Shown here piece after piece: positions 39,804-48,370 of a stretch of DNA of 64,000 bases; position 1 is the first letter of the stretch, and the number at the start of each line of letters is the position of its first letter. The stretch is taken from positions 1-64,000 of the IMG/VR virus record IMGVR_UViG_3300023174_000039. One strand, 5' to 3'. Below the pieces are notes generated by a model that had not been told where the DNA came from, searched no databases, and saw only the letters and a program-made list of their open reading frames with translations. The position numbers were made by a program, and so were the translations under genes.

Positions 39804-40507
39804 CTGATTGTGCCTGTGTGATACACAGCACCGGCTATGACTGGACCTATGTTGAACGACTGTACAACATGCTGGATCGTAACTTGCCCGGTGACATACG
39901 CTTTCATGTTTATACCGAACATGATCGTAGTGTGCCTCCTTACATGATCAAACACATACTAGAAGACTGGCCAGGCATTGCTGGTCCAAAGAAGTCATGG
40001 TGGCACAAGCTACAGGTGTTTAATCCTGAACATTATGAAGGCAATTTGCTTTACTTTGATCTTGACACAGTGATTGTTCGTGACGTAGGTTGGATTACTC
40101 AACTGGATCCCAATTACCTCTGGGGCATTAGAGATTTTAGGCACTTACAAAATCCCAGACTTAACACATTGAACTCCAGTGTAATGTGGTGGAATGTCAA
40201 ACAGTTTGGATGGGTATGGGACAAGTTTAAAACAGATGACATTGACAAAGTGTCAAGACAGTATCCTGGAGACCAAGATTACCTGTATGCAACACTTGGT
40301 CACAACAAAGTTCGGTATTTTGATGATGCACAATTAAAAAGTTGGCGTTGGCAGTGTTTTGATGGCGGATATGACTTTCAGTACAGAAAGCACAGAGCAC
40401 CGGGACAAGGTACCTTTATTGATGGTAATACTTCTGTTTTAGTATTTCATGGCAACCCTAAACCCCATAAAATTAACGATAAAGTAGTACAAGACCTTTG
40501 GAAGTAA
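39770..40507 (+). CDS. Glycosyltransferase (GT-A)
   Basis: YVERLYNM, WWHKLQVF, YFDLD, NSSVM, GDQ and VFHGNPKP. Confidence 0.85.
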   Translation: MAKKNRIGTGITDCACVIHSTGYDWTYVERLYNMLDRNLPGDIRFHVYTEHDRSVPPYMIKHILEDWPGIAGPKKSWWHKLQVFNPEHYEGNLLYFDLDTVIVRDVGWITQLDPNYLWGIRDFRHLQNPRLNTLNSSVMWWNVKQFGWVWDKFKTDDIDKVSRQYPGDQDYLYATLGHNKVRYFDDAQLKSWRWQCFDGGYDFQYRKHRAPGQGTFIDGNTSVLVFHGNPKPHKINDKVVQDLWK

Positions 40508-40511
40508 ACGG

Positions 40512-40540
40512 TTGACCAATAATTCCCCATTTGCTACAAT
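40512..40540 (+). promoter_or_regulatory. Sigma70-type early promoter
   Basis: TTGACC-N17-TACAAT with extended -10 TG. Confidence 0.8.
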
Positions 40541-40570
40541 AGAAGTATTGTAAGAAATAAGGAGTCCAAA

Positions 40571-40780
40571 ATGGGTTACAAGGTTGTTGACACTACAGAC
40601 ATGATGCGTACCAAGTACGAGCCTCGTAAGGGACTGGAAGGTCCGTTTAACTTCTCAGGCCAAGTGTTGTATTATGACAACAAAGAGGGTGCCTACTACG
40701 ATCCCACTACAGATTTCTACGTTTCCAAAGAGGAAATGGACATTATCAACCAGCGGTTTTACAAAGTGCTTAAAAAATAA
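40571..40780 (+). CDS. Small early hypothetical protein
   Basis: TAAGGAG RBS; GLEGPF..YYDNKEGAYYDP. Confidence 0.8.
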   Translation: MGYKVVDTTDMMRTKYEPRKGLEGPFNFSGQVLYYDNKEGAYYDPTTDFYVSKEEMDIINQRFYKVLKK

Positions 40781-40814
40781 GCAGTTTTGTTGTAAAAAAG
40801 CCACATTTTACCAT

Positions 40815-40843
40815 TTGACCATTAAATCTCAAACTGCTATAAT
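40815..40843 (+). promoter_or_regulatory. Sigma70-type early promoter
   Basis: TTGACC-N17-TATAAT with extended -10 TG. Confidence 0.85.
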
Positions 40844-40873
40844 ACTTGTATAGTAATTAAAAAGGAGCCAAAG

Positions 40874-41269
40874 ATGCAAAACTGGACTGACAAGATCATT
40901 CATTGGAATCAACTGCCCGGCACAGAAGTCAAACGTCTGTTAGCTACCTGGGGCAAGTCTCCAGTAGAGATTGCCAAGTATGACCGTAAGCACGGCTTTA
41001 CAAGCTCTGCCCCAAAAGCACAAGTGCCAGTCAAAGCAGAAAAACCAGTACCGGCTGTGACAAAACCCGTTGCTAAAAAAGCAGTGGCCAAACCAGCCGC
41101 TCGCCAAAAGCACACAGGTGCCGACGGTGAAATCAAGTTTGTAGCACACAGAAATCTCTATGTGGGATTCCTGGGCGGCCGGGTTGTAGTAACCAAACGT
41201 ACAGTAGATGCCTGCCGTGCTGTGTTGCTCGAACAGTTTGGAATCGAAGGCGTGCAGGTTGACGCCTAA
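40874..41269 (+). CDS. Basic early hypothetical protein with K/A/P-rich linker
   Basis: AAGGAG RBS; two small domains joined by a histone-like linker. Confidence 0.75.
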   Translation: MQNWTDKIIHWNQLPGTEVKRLLATWGKSPVEIAKYDRKHGFTSSAPKAQVPVKAEKPVPAVTKPVAKKAVAKPAARQKHTGADGEIKFVAHRNLYVGFLGGRVVVTKRTVDACRAVLLEQFGIEGVQVDA

Positions 41270-41287
41270 TTCGATATCTGCTATAAT
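41259..41287 (+). promoter_or_regulatory. Sigma70-type early promoter
   Basis: TTGACG-N17-TATAAT with extended -10 TG. Confidence 0.85.
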
Positions 41288-41317
41288 TTAATTTTAACGC
41301 ACAACAAGGAGCCAACC

Positions 41318-42340
41318 ATGAGTGCCATTCGTATTATTAAGGGCGAGTACCGTAACAAGCCCGTCCGCAATATTGCTTTTACTTTAGTGTCAGGCTATGT
41401 CACAGGCGCCAAAGGCAATTATGTTACTGTCAAGAATGATGGTAACTTTCCCAACTGCCCAGATACCGTACGTATCAAGGTAGATTCCATCCAAAATTTT
41501 GAATATGTCACAGGAGATGCCGTGCAAGACAATACAGTACATTTTGAGAAACCCGCAGTTGTGGAAACAGATGACGAGGCTATGGATCGTATCCGTGAGC
41601 GTTTTGACATCCTACACGAGATGACAAAAGCCACTGTGAGCGGTGACATCCGTGCTATGATTGTGAGCGGCCCTCCAGGAGTGGGCAAGAGCTACGGCGT
41701 TGAGACAGAGATTGAGAAGGCTTGCTTGTTTGACAAACTAGCAGGCAAACGACTCCGTGCTGAGGTAGTTAAAGGCAGTGCCACTCCCATTGGACTGTAC
41801 CAAACCCTGTACAAATACAGTGACGCCAACAGTGTCGTGGTATTTGACGACTGTGACAGCATCTTGTTAGATGACGTTGCTCTTAACTTGCTCAAGGGTG
41901 CCTTGGACTCAGGCAAGAAGCGTGTGATCTCCTGGTTGTCAGAGAGCAGTGCCTTGCGCCGCGAAGGCATCCCAGACCGTTTTGAGTTCAAAGGCAGTGT
42001 CATCTTTATTACAAACTTAAAGTTTGACAAGATGAAGTCGCAAAAATTGCGTGACCACTTGGATGCCTTGCAGTCACGTTGCCACTATTTGGACTTGACA
42101 CTTGATACCATGCGTGACAAGTTGTTGCGTATCAAACAGATTGCCAAAGATGGTGTGTTGTTTGCAGACTACGACTTTAATGAGTATGCACAAGACGACA
42201 TCATTGACTTTATGCATGCCAACAAAGATCGTTTGCGTGAGGTATCCTTGCGCATGGCGCTCAAGATTGCAGACTTGCGCAAGAGCTTCCCCAATAACTG
42301 GAAGCGCATGAGTGAGACAACATGTATGAAGAGTGCCTAA
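41318..42340 (+). CDS. AAA+ P-loop ATPase (early)
   Basis: GPPGVGKS Walker A, VVFDDCD Walker B, FITN sensor 1 and ALQSRC arginine finger. Confidence 0.9.
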   Translation: MSAIRIIKGEYRNKPVRNIAFTLVSGYVTGAKGNYVTVKNDGNFPNCPDTVRIKVDSIQNFEYVTGDAVQDNTVHFEKPAVVETDDEAMDRIRERFDILHEMTKATVSGDIRAMIVSGPPGVGKSYGVETEIEKACLFDKLAGKRLRAEVVKGSATPIGLYQTLYKYSDANSVVVFDDCDSILLDDVALNLLKGALDSGKKRVISWLSESSALRREGIPDRFEFKGSVIFITNLKFDKMKSQKLRDHLDALQSRCHYLDLTLDTMRDKLLRIKQIAKDGVLFADYDFNEYAQDDIIDFMHANKDRLREVSLRMALKIADLRKSFPNNWKRMSETTCMKSA

Positions 42341-42342
42341 TT

Positions 42343-42444
42343 ATGTATAAAATTTATGATGGTGAGTTGTTTCTGTTTGCTGTGGATACCACGTATGAGG
42401 CAGACGAACAACGGCAACAAGGTTTTCGCGTGGTAGTTGATTAG
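42343..42444 (+). CDS. 33-aa small ORF not in the supplied track (MYKIYDGELFLFAVDTTYEADEQRQQGFRVVVD)
   Basis: Starts 2 nt after the ATPase stop and fills the gap before the terminator. Confidence 0.5.
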   Translation: MYKIYDGELFLFAVDTTYEADEQRQQGFRVVVD

Positions 42445-42497
42445 TTCATTTTGTTTCCTTTTTCCCGGGCATTGGTTGGCTCCGGCTCGGGCTTTAT

Positions 42498-42531
42498 GAC
42501 AGGTACCCTTAAAAAAGGTACCTGTCTTTTT
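42498..42531 (+). terminator. Rho-independent terminator
   Basis: GACAGGTACC/GGTACCTGTC perfect stem followed by TTTTT. Confidence 0.88.
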
Positions 42532-42566
42532 GACTTTGTGACTGTGCTACTGTATAATCTTAAATA
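42530..42566 (+). promoter_or_regulatory. Tandem sigma70-type and late promoter
   Basis: TTGACT-N17-TATAAT, then TAAATA 42561-42566, 6 nt before the ATG. Confidence 0.75.
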
Positions 42567-42572
42567 CATAAC

Positions 42573-43700
42573 ATGACTTTTTGCTATTCCCCTTGGTCCA
42601 ACATTGACATTAGTCCTCAAGGTGACCTCACGCCTTGTTGCAAATTTCAAATGTCCAAGTACAATGAGTCGTTTAATGTGCAAACGCAAACCTTGCCTGA
42701 GTATTTTGGCAGTGCCTTTTTGGCAGAAATCAAGCAAGAATTTGCACAAGGACAATGGCCACGTGGATGTGAACGGTGTCGTATTGAGGAAGAGAACAAC
42801 ATTGCCAGCAAGAGACAATTGGATTATGAACGCTGGCAACAACATTACCAACTGTATGATCTTGCCAGCAGTAAGTGTATCACCGCCAGCATTGCATTTG
42901 GAAACACCTGTAATCTAAAATGCATAACCTGCAGTCCTTACAGTAGCAGTAAATGGCATCAAGAACATCTAAAAATACACAATGTTGATATTGGACCTGT
43001 TAAATTTTACAGGAGTGATTTTGTAGAAAAGTTTATAGACCAGTCACCAGATGTTGTTCATTTGGACATACCCGGAGGCGAACCTTTCCTATCTGGTGTG
43101 CAAGAACAAAAACGCTTGTTGAATCATTATATAACAACAGGACAGGCCAAACATATTAGTTTACATTACACTACCAACGTAACGCTATTTCCTGATCAAG
43201 AGTGGTGGGATATTTGGCAGCATTTTGAGAACGTCGACATCCAACTCAGCATAGACGGAGTGGGCAACAGATATGAGTACATTAGATATCCGGCCAAATG
43301 GGCAGAAGTTGTTGATAACACTGCTCGGTACTTAGAACGGCACCAAGGCAATATCCAGCTTAGTGTAAGTCATACCGTGAGTGCCTACAACATTTATTAT
43401 CTTGATGAATTTTTTACATGGTGCAAACACATGGGATTGCCTGATCCGTGGCTGGGCCGAGTTCATAATCCCATGCACATGCGACCCACAGTATGGCCTA
43501 CTGCTGTCAGAAATCACATTGCTGAACATTTACAATCCAGCAGTTACACACATGTGCGCACCTGGGCACAACTGTTACAAAGCCAAGATGACAGCGAGAA
43601 GTTTGATAAATTTAAGACTTATCTGCTACAGCATGATCAATATAGAGGATTAAACTTTGCAGAAACGTTTCAGGAACTATCGGAGTTTTTAAATGTCTAG
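42573..43700 (+). CDS. Radical SAM protein, twitch-type
   Basis: CYSPW..PCC..CERC, CNLKCITC and GGEPF. Confidence 0.9.
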   Translation: MTFCYSPWSNIDISPQGDLTPCCKFQMSKYNESFNVQTQTLPEYFGSAFLAEIKQEFAQGQWPRGCERCRIEEENNIASKRQLDYERWQQHYQLYDLASSKCITASIAFGNTCNLKCITCSPYSSSKWHQEHLKIHNVDIGPVKFYRSDFVEKFIDQSPDVVHLDIPGGEPFLSGVQEQKRLLNHYITTGQAKHISLHYTTNVTLFPDQEWWDIWQHFENVDIQLSIDGVGNRYEYIRYPAKWAEVVDNTARYLERHQGNIQLSVSHTVSAYNIYYLDEFFTWCKHMGLPDPWLGRVHNPMHMRPTVWPTAVRNHIAEHLQSSSYTHVRTWAQLLQSQDDSEKFDKFKTYLLQHDQYRGLNFAETFQELSEFLNV

Positions 43701-45012
43701 TAGAAAAGACTATCCAATATATCAGGTGCTTGAAGAAAAGAGCAAGTTTTTTTGTCCTGCCAAGTGGACAGAGTTGTTCTTGTATCTCAATCATGGAACC
43801 AGTAATAGTTGTCATCATCCTATTCCACACAACATACCACAAGAGTTGCTGAGCAATCCGGCAGTGTTACACAACACCCCGCACAAGTTAAAAATGCAAC
43901 AGCTCATGATAGACGGAGTCAGGCCAGACGAATGTCACATGTGTTGGCATATAGAAGATGCAGATCCTGACGCTGTGAGTGACCGCATTACCAAAAGTCA
44001 GCACTGGCAAGATAGAATTGCAGGACTTGCAGTTGATCCAGAATATGTGCCGCCATTCATTGAAGTGGTATTTGACAACTATTGTAACCTAACCTGTAGC
44101 TATTGCGACTCCGGGCAAAGCTCATCCTGGGCTGCCAAAGTACACAAACAACCGTTGCACTTGCTCACCGACTATCGTGAGTTGTATTCCAAAATTCATA
44201 TTGCACCCGGAACAACCAAGCAACAGTATCTTGATGCCTGGCTAACCTGGTGGCCAACCATACGTGATCAAGTACAGGTACTCAAAATCAGTGGCGGCGA
44301 GCCATTGATGAGCAAAAACTTTTGGCGCTTTGTTGATGAACTTGGAACAGCACCCAACTTGTCTATTGCCATCAACAGTAATTTTTCTGTGGACCACGAG
44401 TTGGTAAAACGCTTTGCAGCCTATGCACCAAACTTTCGTAAAGTAACAATATCTGCTAGCATTGATGCAACTGAAAGCATTGCAGAATACGCCAGGCAAG
44501 GGCTAAACTACCAGCAATTTTTACACAATGTGCATTATTGGTGCTCAAGTACTCCGGACAATTGTTTCCTCAAACTACAAAGCACAGTCAACGTATTAAA
44601 TGTATGGGGGCTAACTGATAAGTTTGAATTAAACGCACACCTGCGACAACTATATCCTGCTCGTGTGTTGGATTTTTATAGCACAATTGTGCGAGCACCA
44701 GAGTTTCAGTCAATCTTGATACTGCCCAATAATGTCAGACACCAACTTGGTATCCAGATTCAAACTTGGATTAAGCACAATAGTCAGCTGTTGTCATCTG
44801 CGGAAAAGGTACTGGCAAACAAAACTGCAAGCTACCTGGTAAACAACCCGGAACCCATGCACAAGTTTGAGCAACGCCAATTAGAGCTTGACTTTGTGAC
44901 ATTTTTACTGTATTATAATCAAACAAGCAAACTACAATATCAACATGTATACCCTAAAGAATTCTTAGAATGGATAGAAACAATTGAAACAATGCACAAT
45001 ACAAATACGTGA
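43693..45012 (+). CDS. Radical SAM protein, twitch-type
   Basis: CPAKW..SCHH..CHMC, CNLTCSYC and GGEPL. Confidence 0.9.
   Translation: MSSRKDYPIYQVLEEKSKFFCPAKWTELFLYLNHGTSNSCHHPIPHNIPQELLSNPAVLHNTPHKLKMQQLMIDGVRPDECHMCWHIEDADPDAVSDRITKSQHWQDRIAGLAVDPEYVPPFIEVVFDNYCNLTCSYCDSGQSSSWAAKVHKQPLHLLTDYRELYSKIHIAPGTTKQQYLDAWLTWWPTIRDQVQVLKISGGEPLMSKNFWRFVDELGTAPNLSIAINSNFSVDHELVKRFAAYAPNFRKVTISASIDATESIAEYARQGLNYQQFLHNVHYWCSSTPDNCFLKLQSTVNVLNVWGLTDKFELNAHLRQLYPARVLDFYSTIVRAPEFQSILILPNNVRHQLGIQIQTWIKHNSQLLSSAEKVLANKTASYLVNNPEPMHKFEQRQLELDFVTFLLYYNQTSKLQYQHVYPKEFLEWIETIETMHNTNT
44888..44920 (+). repeat. Second copy of the 42530 promoter sequence, embedded in the radical SAM coding region
   Basis: TTGACTTTGTGAC-N5-TACTGTAT is shared with 42530-42555. 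Confidence 0.7.
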
Positions 45013-46453
45013 CGAAGTCAACATCAAGTTAGAAGGACTTGATTTGGATGTGCGTAAAAAACTAGTCAACACATTCAAGTATGAAAATCCGGCAGCTAGA
45101 TATTTGCCTGCGGTTAGGCTTGGCCGCTGGGATGGCAAGATTGCCTACTTCCAACTTGGTGGTAGCACCTACACCAATCTGTTGCCTGAGATCATTCCCA
45201 TTTTAGAGCAGTACAACTACGACATTGAACTAGATGACCAGCGTGAATACTCAACCACATTTGAGTTTGCATTGATGCAGGAAGATACCTTTGCTGGCAC
45301 ATTATGGCCCAAAGGACATCCACAAGAAGGACAGCCTATTGTGTTGCGTGACTATCAAGTGGAAATCATCAACAACTACTTGCAAAATCCGCAATGCATA
45401 CAAGAAGTGGCCACAGGTGCAGGCAAGACTATTATGACAGCGGCCTTGAGTTGGAACGTACAGCCGTATGGTAGATCAATTGTGATTGTGCCCAACAAGA
45501 GCTTGGTAACACAAACAGAAAAGGACTATGCAAACCTGGGTCTGGATGTGGGTGTGTACTTTGGTGATCGTAAAGACTACGGCAAGACACATACTATCTG
45601 TACTTGGCAGAGTCTAAATAACTTGCTTAAAGATAGCAAGGACGGTACAGCAAAATTCACCATACAAGACTTTATGGAAGATGTAGTATGTGTTATTGTA
45701 GATGAAGTACACATGGCCAAAGCAGATGCACTCAAAACTCTGCTGACCGGCATCATGGCTAGAGTGCCAATTCGATGGGGGCTGACAGGTACAATCCCCA
45801 AAGAGAAGTTTGAAAGTCAAGCATTATTGGTGGGACTAGGTCCTGTTGTTAGCAAACTATCAGCAAGTGAACTACAGGACCGTGGTGTGCTGGCTCAGTG
45901 TCACGTTAACATTGTGCAGTTGGTAGACCATGTGGAATATTCTAACTATCAAAGTGAGCTCAAATACTTGCTGGAAGAATCCGGACGCCTCGATACCATG
46001 GCAGACCTTGTGCGCAGAGTCAACGAAACAGGCAACACACTTGTGTTGGTAGACAGAACCGAATGTGGCAGACAACTAGTAGAACGACTAGGTGACGGAG
46101 CAGTATTTGTATCCGGAGCCACAAAAGCAAAGGCTAGACAAGATGAATATGATGAAGTGGCTGATGCAACAGGCAAAATTATTGTGGCCACATATGGAGT
46201 GGCTGCTGTTGGCATTAACATTCCCCGCATTTTTAATCTGGTGCTTATTGAACCTGGCAAGAGTTTTGTGCGTGTTATACAGTCAATTGGTCGTGGCATA
46301 CGTAAAGCAGAAGACAAAGATCATGTTCAGATCTGGGACATAACGTCAACATGCAAGTTTGCAAAACGCCACTTGACCAAACGCAAACAGTTTTACCGCG
46401 AAGCCAACTATCCGTTCTCTGCAGAGAAATTAGAGTGGATGAAGATCAAATAA
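44984..46453 (+). CDS. uvsW: SF2 DNA helicase UvsW
   Basis: ATGAGKT, DEVH, GLTGT and QSIGRGIR; TTG start. Confidence 0.93.
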   Translation: MKQCTIQIRDEVNIKLEGLDLDVRKKLVNTFKYENPAARYLPAVRLGRWDGKIAYFQLGGSTYTNLLPEIIPILEQYNYDIELDDQREYSTTFEFALMQEDTFAGTLWPKGHPQEGQPIVLRDYQVEIINNYLQNPQCIQEVATGAGKTIMTAALSWNVQPYGRSIVIVPNKSLVTQTEKDYANLGLDVGVYFGDRKDYGKTHTICTWQSLNNLLKDSKDGTAKFTIQDFMEDVVCVIVDEVHMAKADALKTLLTGIMARVPIRWGLTGTIPKEKFESQALLVGLGPVVSKLSASELQDRGVLAQCHVNIVQLVDHVEYSNYQSELKYLLEESGRLDTMADLVRRVNETGNTLVLVDRTECGRQLVERLGDGAVFVSGATKAKARQDEYDEVADATGKIIVATYGVAAVGINIPRIFNLVLIEPGKSFVRVIQSIGRGIRKAEDKDHVQIWDITSTCKFAKRHLTKRKQFYREANYPFSAEKLEWMKIK

Positions 46454-46455
46454 AT

Positions 46456-46484
46456 TTGACTTTTACTACAAAATACTGTAATAT
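46456..46484 (+). promoter_or_regulatory. Sigma70-type promoter, probably leaderless
   Basis: TTGACT-N17-TAATAT, 6 nt before the ATG at 46491. Confidence 0.65.
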
Positions 46485-46490
46485 ACAATT

Positions 46491-46991
46491 ATGCGAATAC
46501 TAACACTAGATAACCAACACTATGACCTTGATCACTTGCCTGAAGAGGTGGATGACATGAGGTTTGCCATACTAGATAACTCTAATCCAGCAGATCCTGA
46601 CTATCACTTTATTCCTTTGATCTTCTTGGAAAGTTTTAACTCACCGGCCTTGGTGTTGCGCATAGGCGATAACACAATCAAGATGCCCATGGACTGGCAA
46701 GTGTTAATTGGAGAACCCGAGATTGGCGACCTAGAAGTACTGCCCTTGACCAGCATCAATGATCGTGGATTCAAGGTATTCCAGTTTAACCCTTTAACTA
46801 GTTTCCGTCCCAGTTTTCCTGACATTGAGATCCTGGATGTGTATCATGAAGTATCTTGGTATGCCCCCAAACTCAAGAATGGACAAATGCTTGCGGTGCC
46901 AATCACAGATGGTGACGAACCAGAATGTGTGTACTTTGTCAAAGACATCAGTCGCAACTGCGAGATTGTGGATTATAACAAGGCTTGGTAA
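46491..46991 (+). CDS. Hypothetical beta-rich protein (possible degenerate Hint fold)
   Basis: 166-aa ORF with its own promoter; the fold assignment is speculative. Confidence 0.7.
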   Translation: MRILTLDNQHYDLDHLPEEVDDMRFAILDNSNPADPDYHFIPLIFLESFNSPALVLRIGDNTIKMPMDWQVLIGEPEIGDLEVLPLTSINDRGFKVFQFNPLTSFRPSFPDIEILDVYHEVSWYAPKLKNGQMLAVPITDGDEPECVYFVKDISRNCEIVDYNKAW

Positions 46992-46997
46992 GACATT

Positions 46998-47255
46998 ATG
47001 GGCAGCCTCAAACCCAACGCAACTTACATATATGAGCGTGTCGGAGACACAGTGTTTAGACGCGAAAGTGGCCAAACAGAACGAGAAGTAGTGGGTTACG
47101 ATTACCGCACGTCAGATGGTCGCCCACTAGTTGACCACATGAAAGAAGACCAGCTGTGGGGCAATATCAGGAGAGAGGCTCAAACCAATCCTGCTTTACA
47201 AGATGCCCTGGATCGTGCTATAATAATCTACAATTTGAGCAAAACAAATGACTGA
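46998..47255 (+). CDS. Hypothetical protein
   Basis: 85-aa ORF in operon, overlapping the next gene. Confidence 0.75.
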   Translation: MGSLKPNATYIYERVGDTVFRRESGQTEREVVGYDYRTSDGRPLVDHMKEDQLWGNIRREAQTNPALQDALDRAIIIYNLSKTND

Positions 47256-47700
47256 TAAACTAAGCATTGCCAACGAAATGAAAATGTTTGACCACAAGGT
47301 TAGAGATTTCTACGACGAGTTAACAGACGAAGAGCGCAAAAAGTTTGCCCCATTCCTAATGATACGCTGGGGTAGTGCAGTAGAAGGCTCTAGAGACCTT
47401 CAAGAGTTTTATGTAATTTCCACAAACGAACGACTGAACAAAAACTTCTTTAACATCAGTTCATCTAAACATCGTAAACTGCAATGGCTAATGGCCACAA
47501 CTGTGAGTCCAGGCATGGGCTCGCTACGACACAACTGGATTGCACCCAAGAAAAAAGAAGCAGGGGCAGGTTCAATGAAAAAGCAATTGACCGAACTGTT
47601 CCCGCACTACAAGCCAGACGAAATAGATGTCATGGCAGCAATCACAACCAAAAAAGAACTTGACCAATACATTAGACAGCATGGACGAGACACCAAGTAA
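47248..47700 (+). CDS. Clamp loader small subunit-like protein (T4 gp62-like)
   Basis: KFAPFLMIRW, NERLN, LQWL and WIAPKKK resemble gp62. Confidence 0.55.
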   Translation: MTDKLSIANEMKMFDHKVRDFYDELTDEERKKFAPFLMIRWGSAVEGSRDLQEFYVISTNERLNKNFFNISSSKHRKLQWLMATTVSPGMGSLRHNWIAPKKKEAGAGSMKKQLTELFPHYKPDEIDVMAAITTKKELDQYIRQHGRDTK

Positions 47701-48370
47701 GTTTACCTGTGAGTTTTGTAAAAAAGAGTTTGCACGTGAAAGCTCCATTGCAGTACACATGTGCGAGCCCAAGCGCAGGCGCATGGAACAAAGTGAACGT
47801 GGGGTACAACTGGGCTTTCAAGCCTACATCAAGTTTTACGAACTGGCACAAGGTAGTGCCAAACTAAAAACATTTGAGGACTTTTGTGACTCACCTTACT
47901 ACCGAGCATTTGTCAAGTTTGGCCGCTATTGTGTAAACACACGAGTCATTAATCCTGCACAGTTTATGTCATGGTTATTGAAAAACAACAAGAAAATTGA
48001 CCACTGGTGCAGTGACAAAATCTACACTGAGTACTTGTTGTTTTATCTACGAGTAGAAGCTGTAGCAGATGCCCTGGCTCGTGCAATAGAGTACAGTATT
48101 GACTGGAGTGAAAAGACCACGCACCCTGCATATGATTGCATGCGTTATGGTAATATCAATTTGCTATGTCATGCTGTGACAACAGGACGTATATCGCCCT
48201 GGGTGATTTATAATTCAGCATCTGGACAAGAGTTCTTGAACAACCTGGACTCTTCTCAGATTGCAATGATCTGGCCCTACATTGATAGTGATGCGTGGCA
48301 AAAGAAATTCCATGACTACTCAGCGGATCAAGAGTATGCCAAAGAGATTTTGAGGCAAGCAGGATGGTGA
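47681..48370 (+). CDS. C2H2-like zinc finger-containing hypothetical protein
   Basis: FTCEFCKKEF....HMC at the N-terminus. Confidence 0.7.
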   Translation: MDETPSKFTCEFCKKEFARESSIAVHMCEPKRRRMEQSERGVQLGFQAYIKFYELAQGSAKLKTFEDFCDSPYYRAFVKFGRYCVNTRVINPAQFMSWLLKNNKKIDHWCSDKIYTEYLLFYLRVEAVADALARAIEYSIDWSEKTTHPAYDCMRYGNINLLCHAVTTGRISPWVIYNSASGQEFLNNLDSSQIAMIWPYIDSDAWQKKFHDYSADQEYAKEILRQAGW

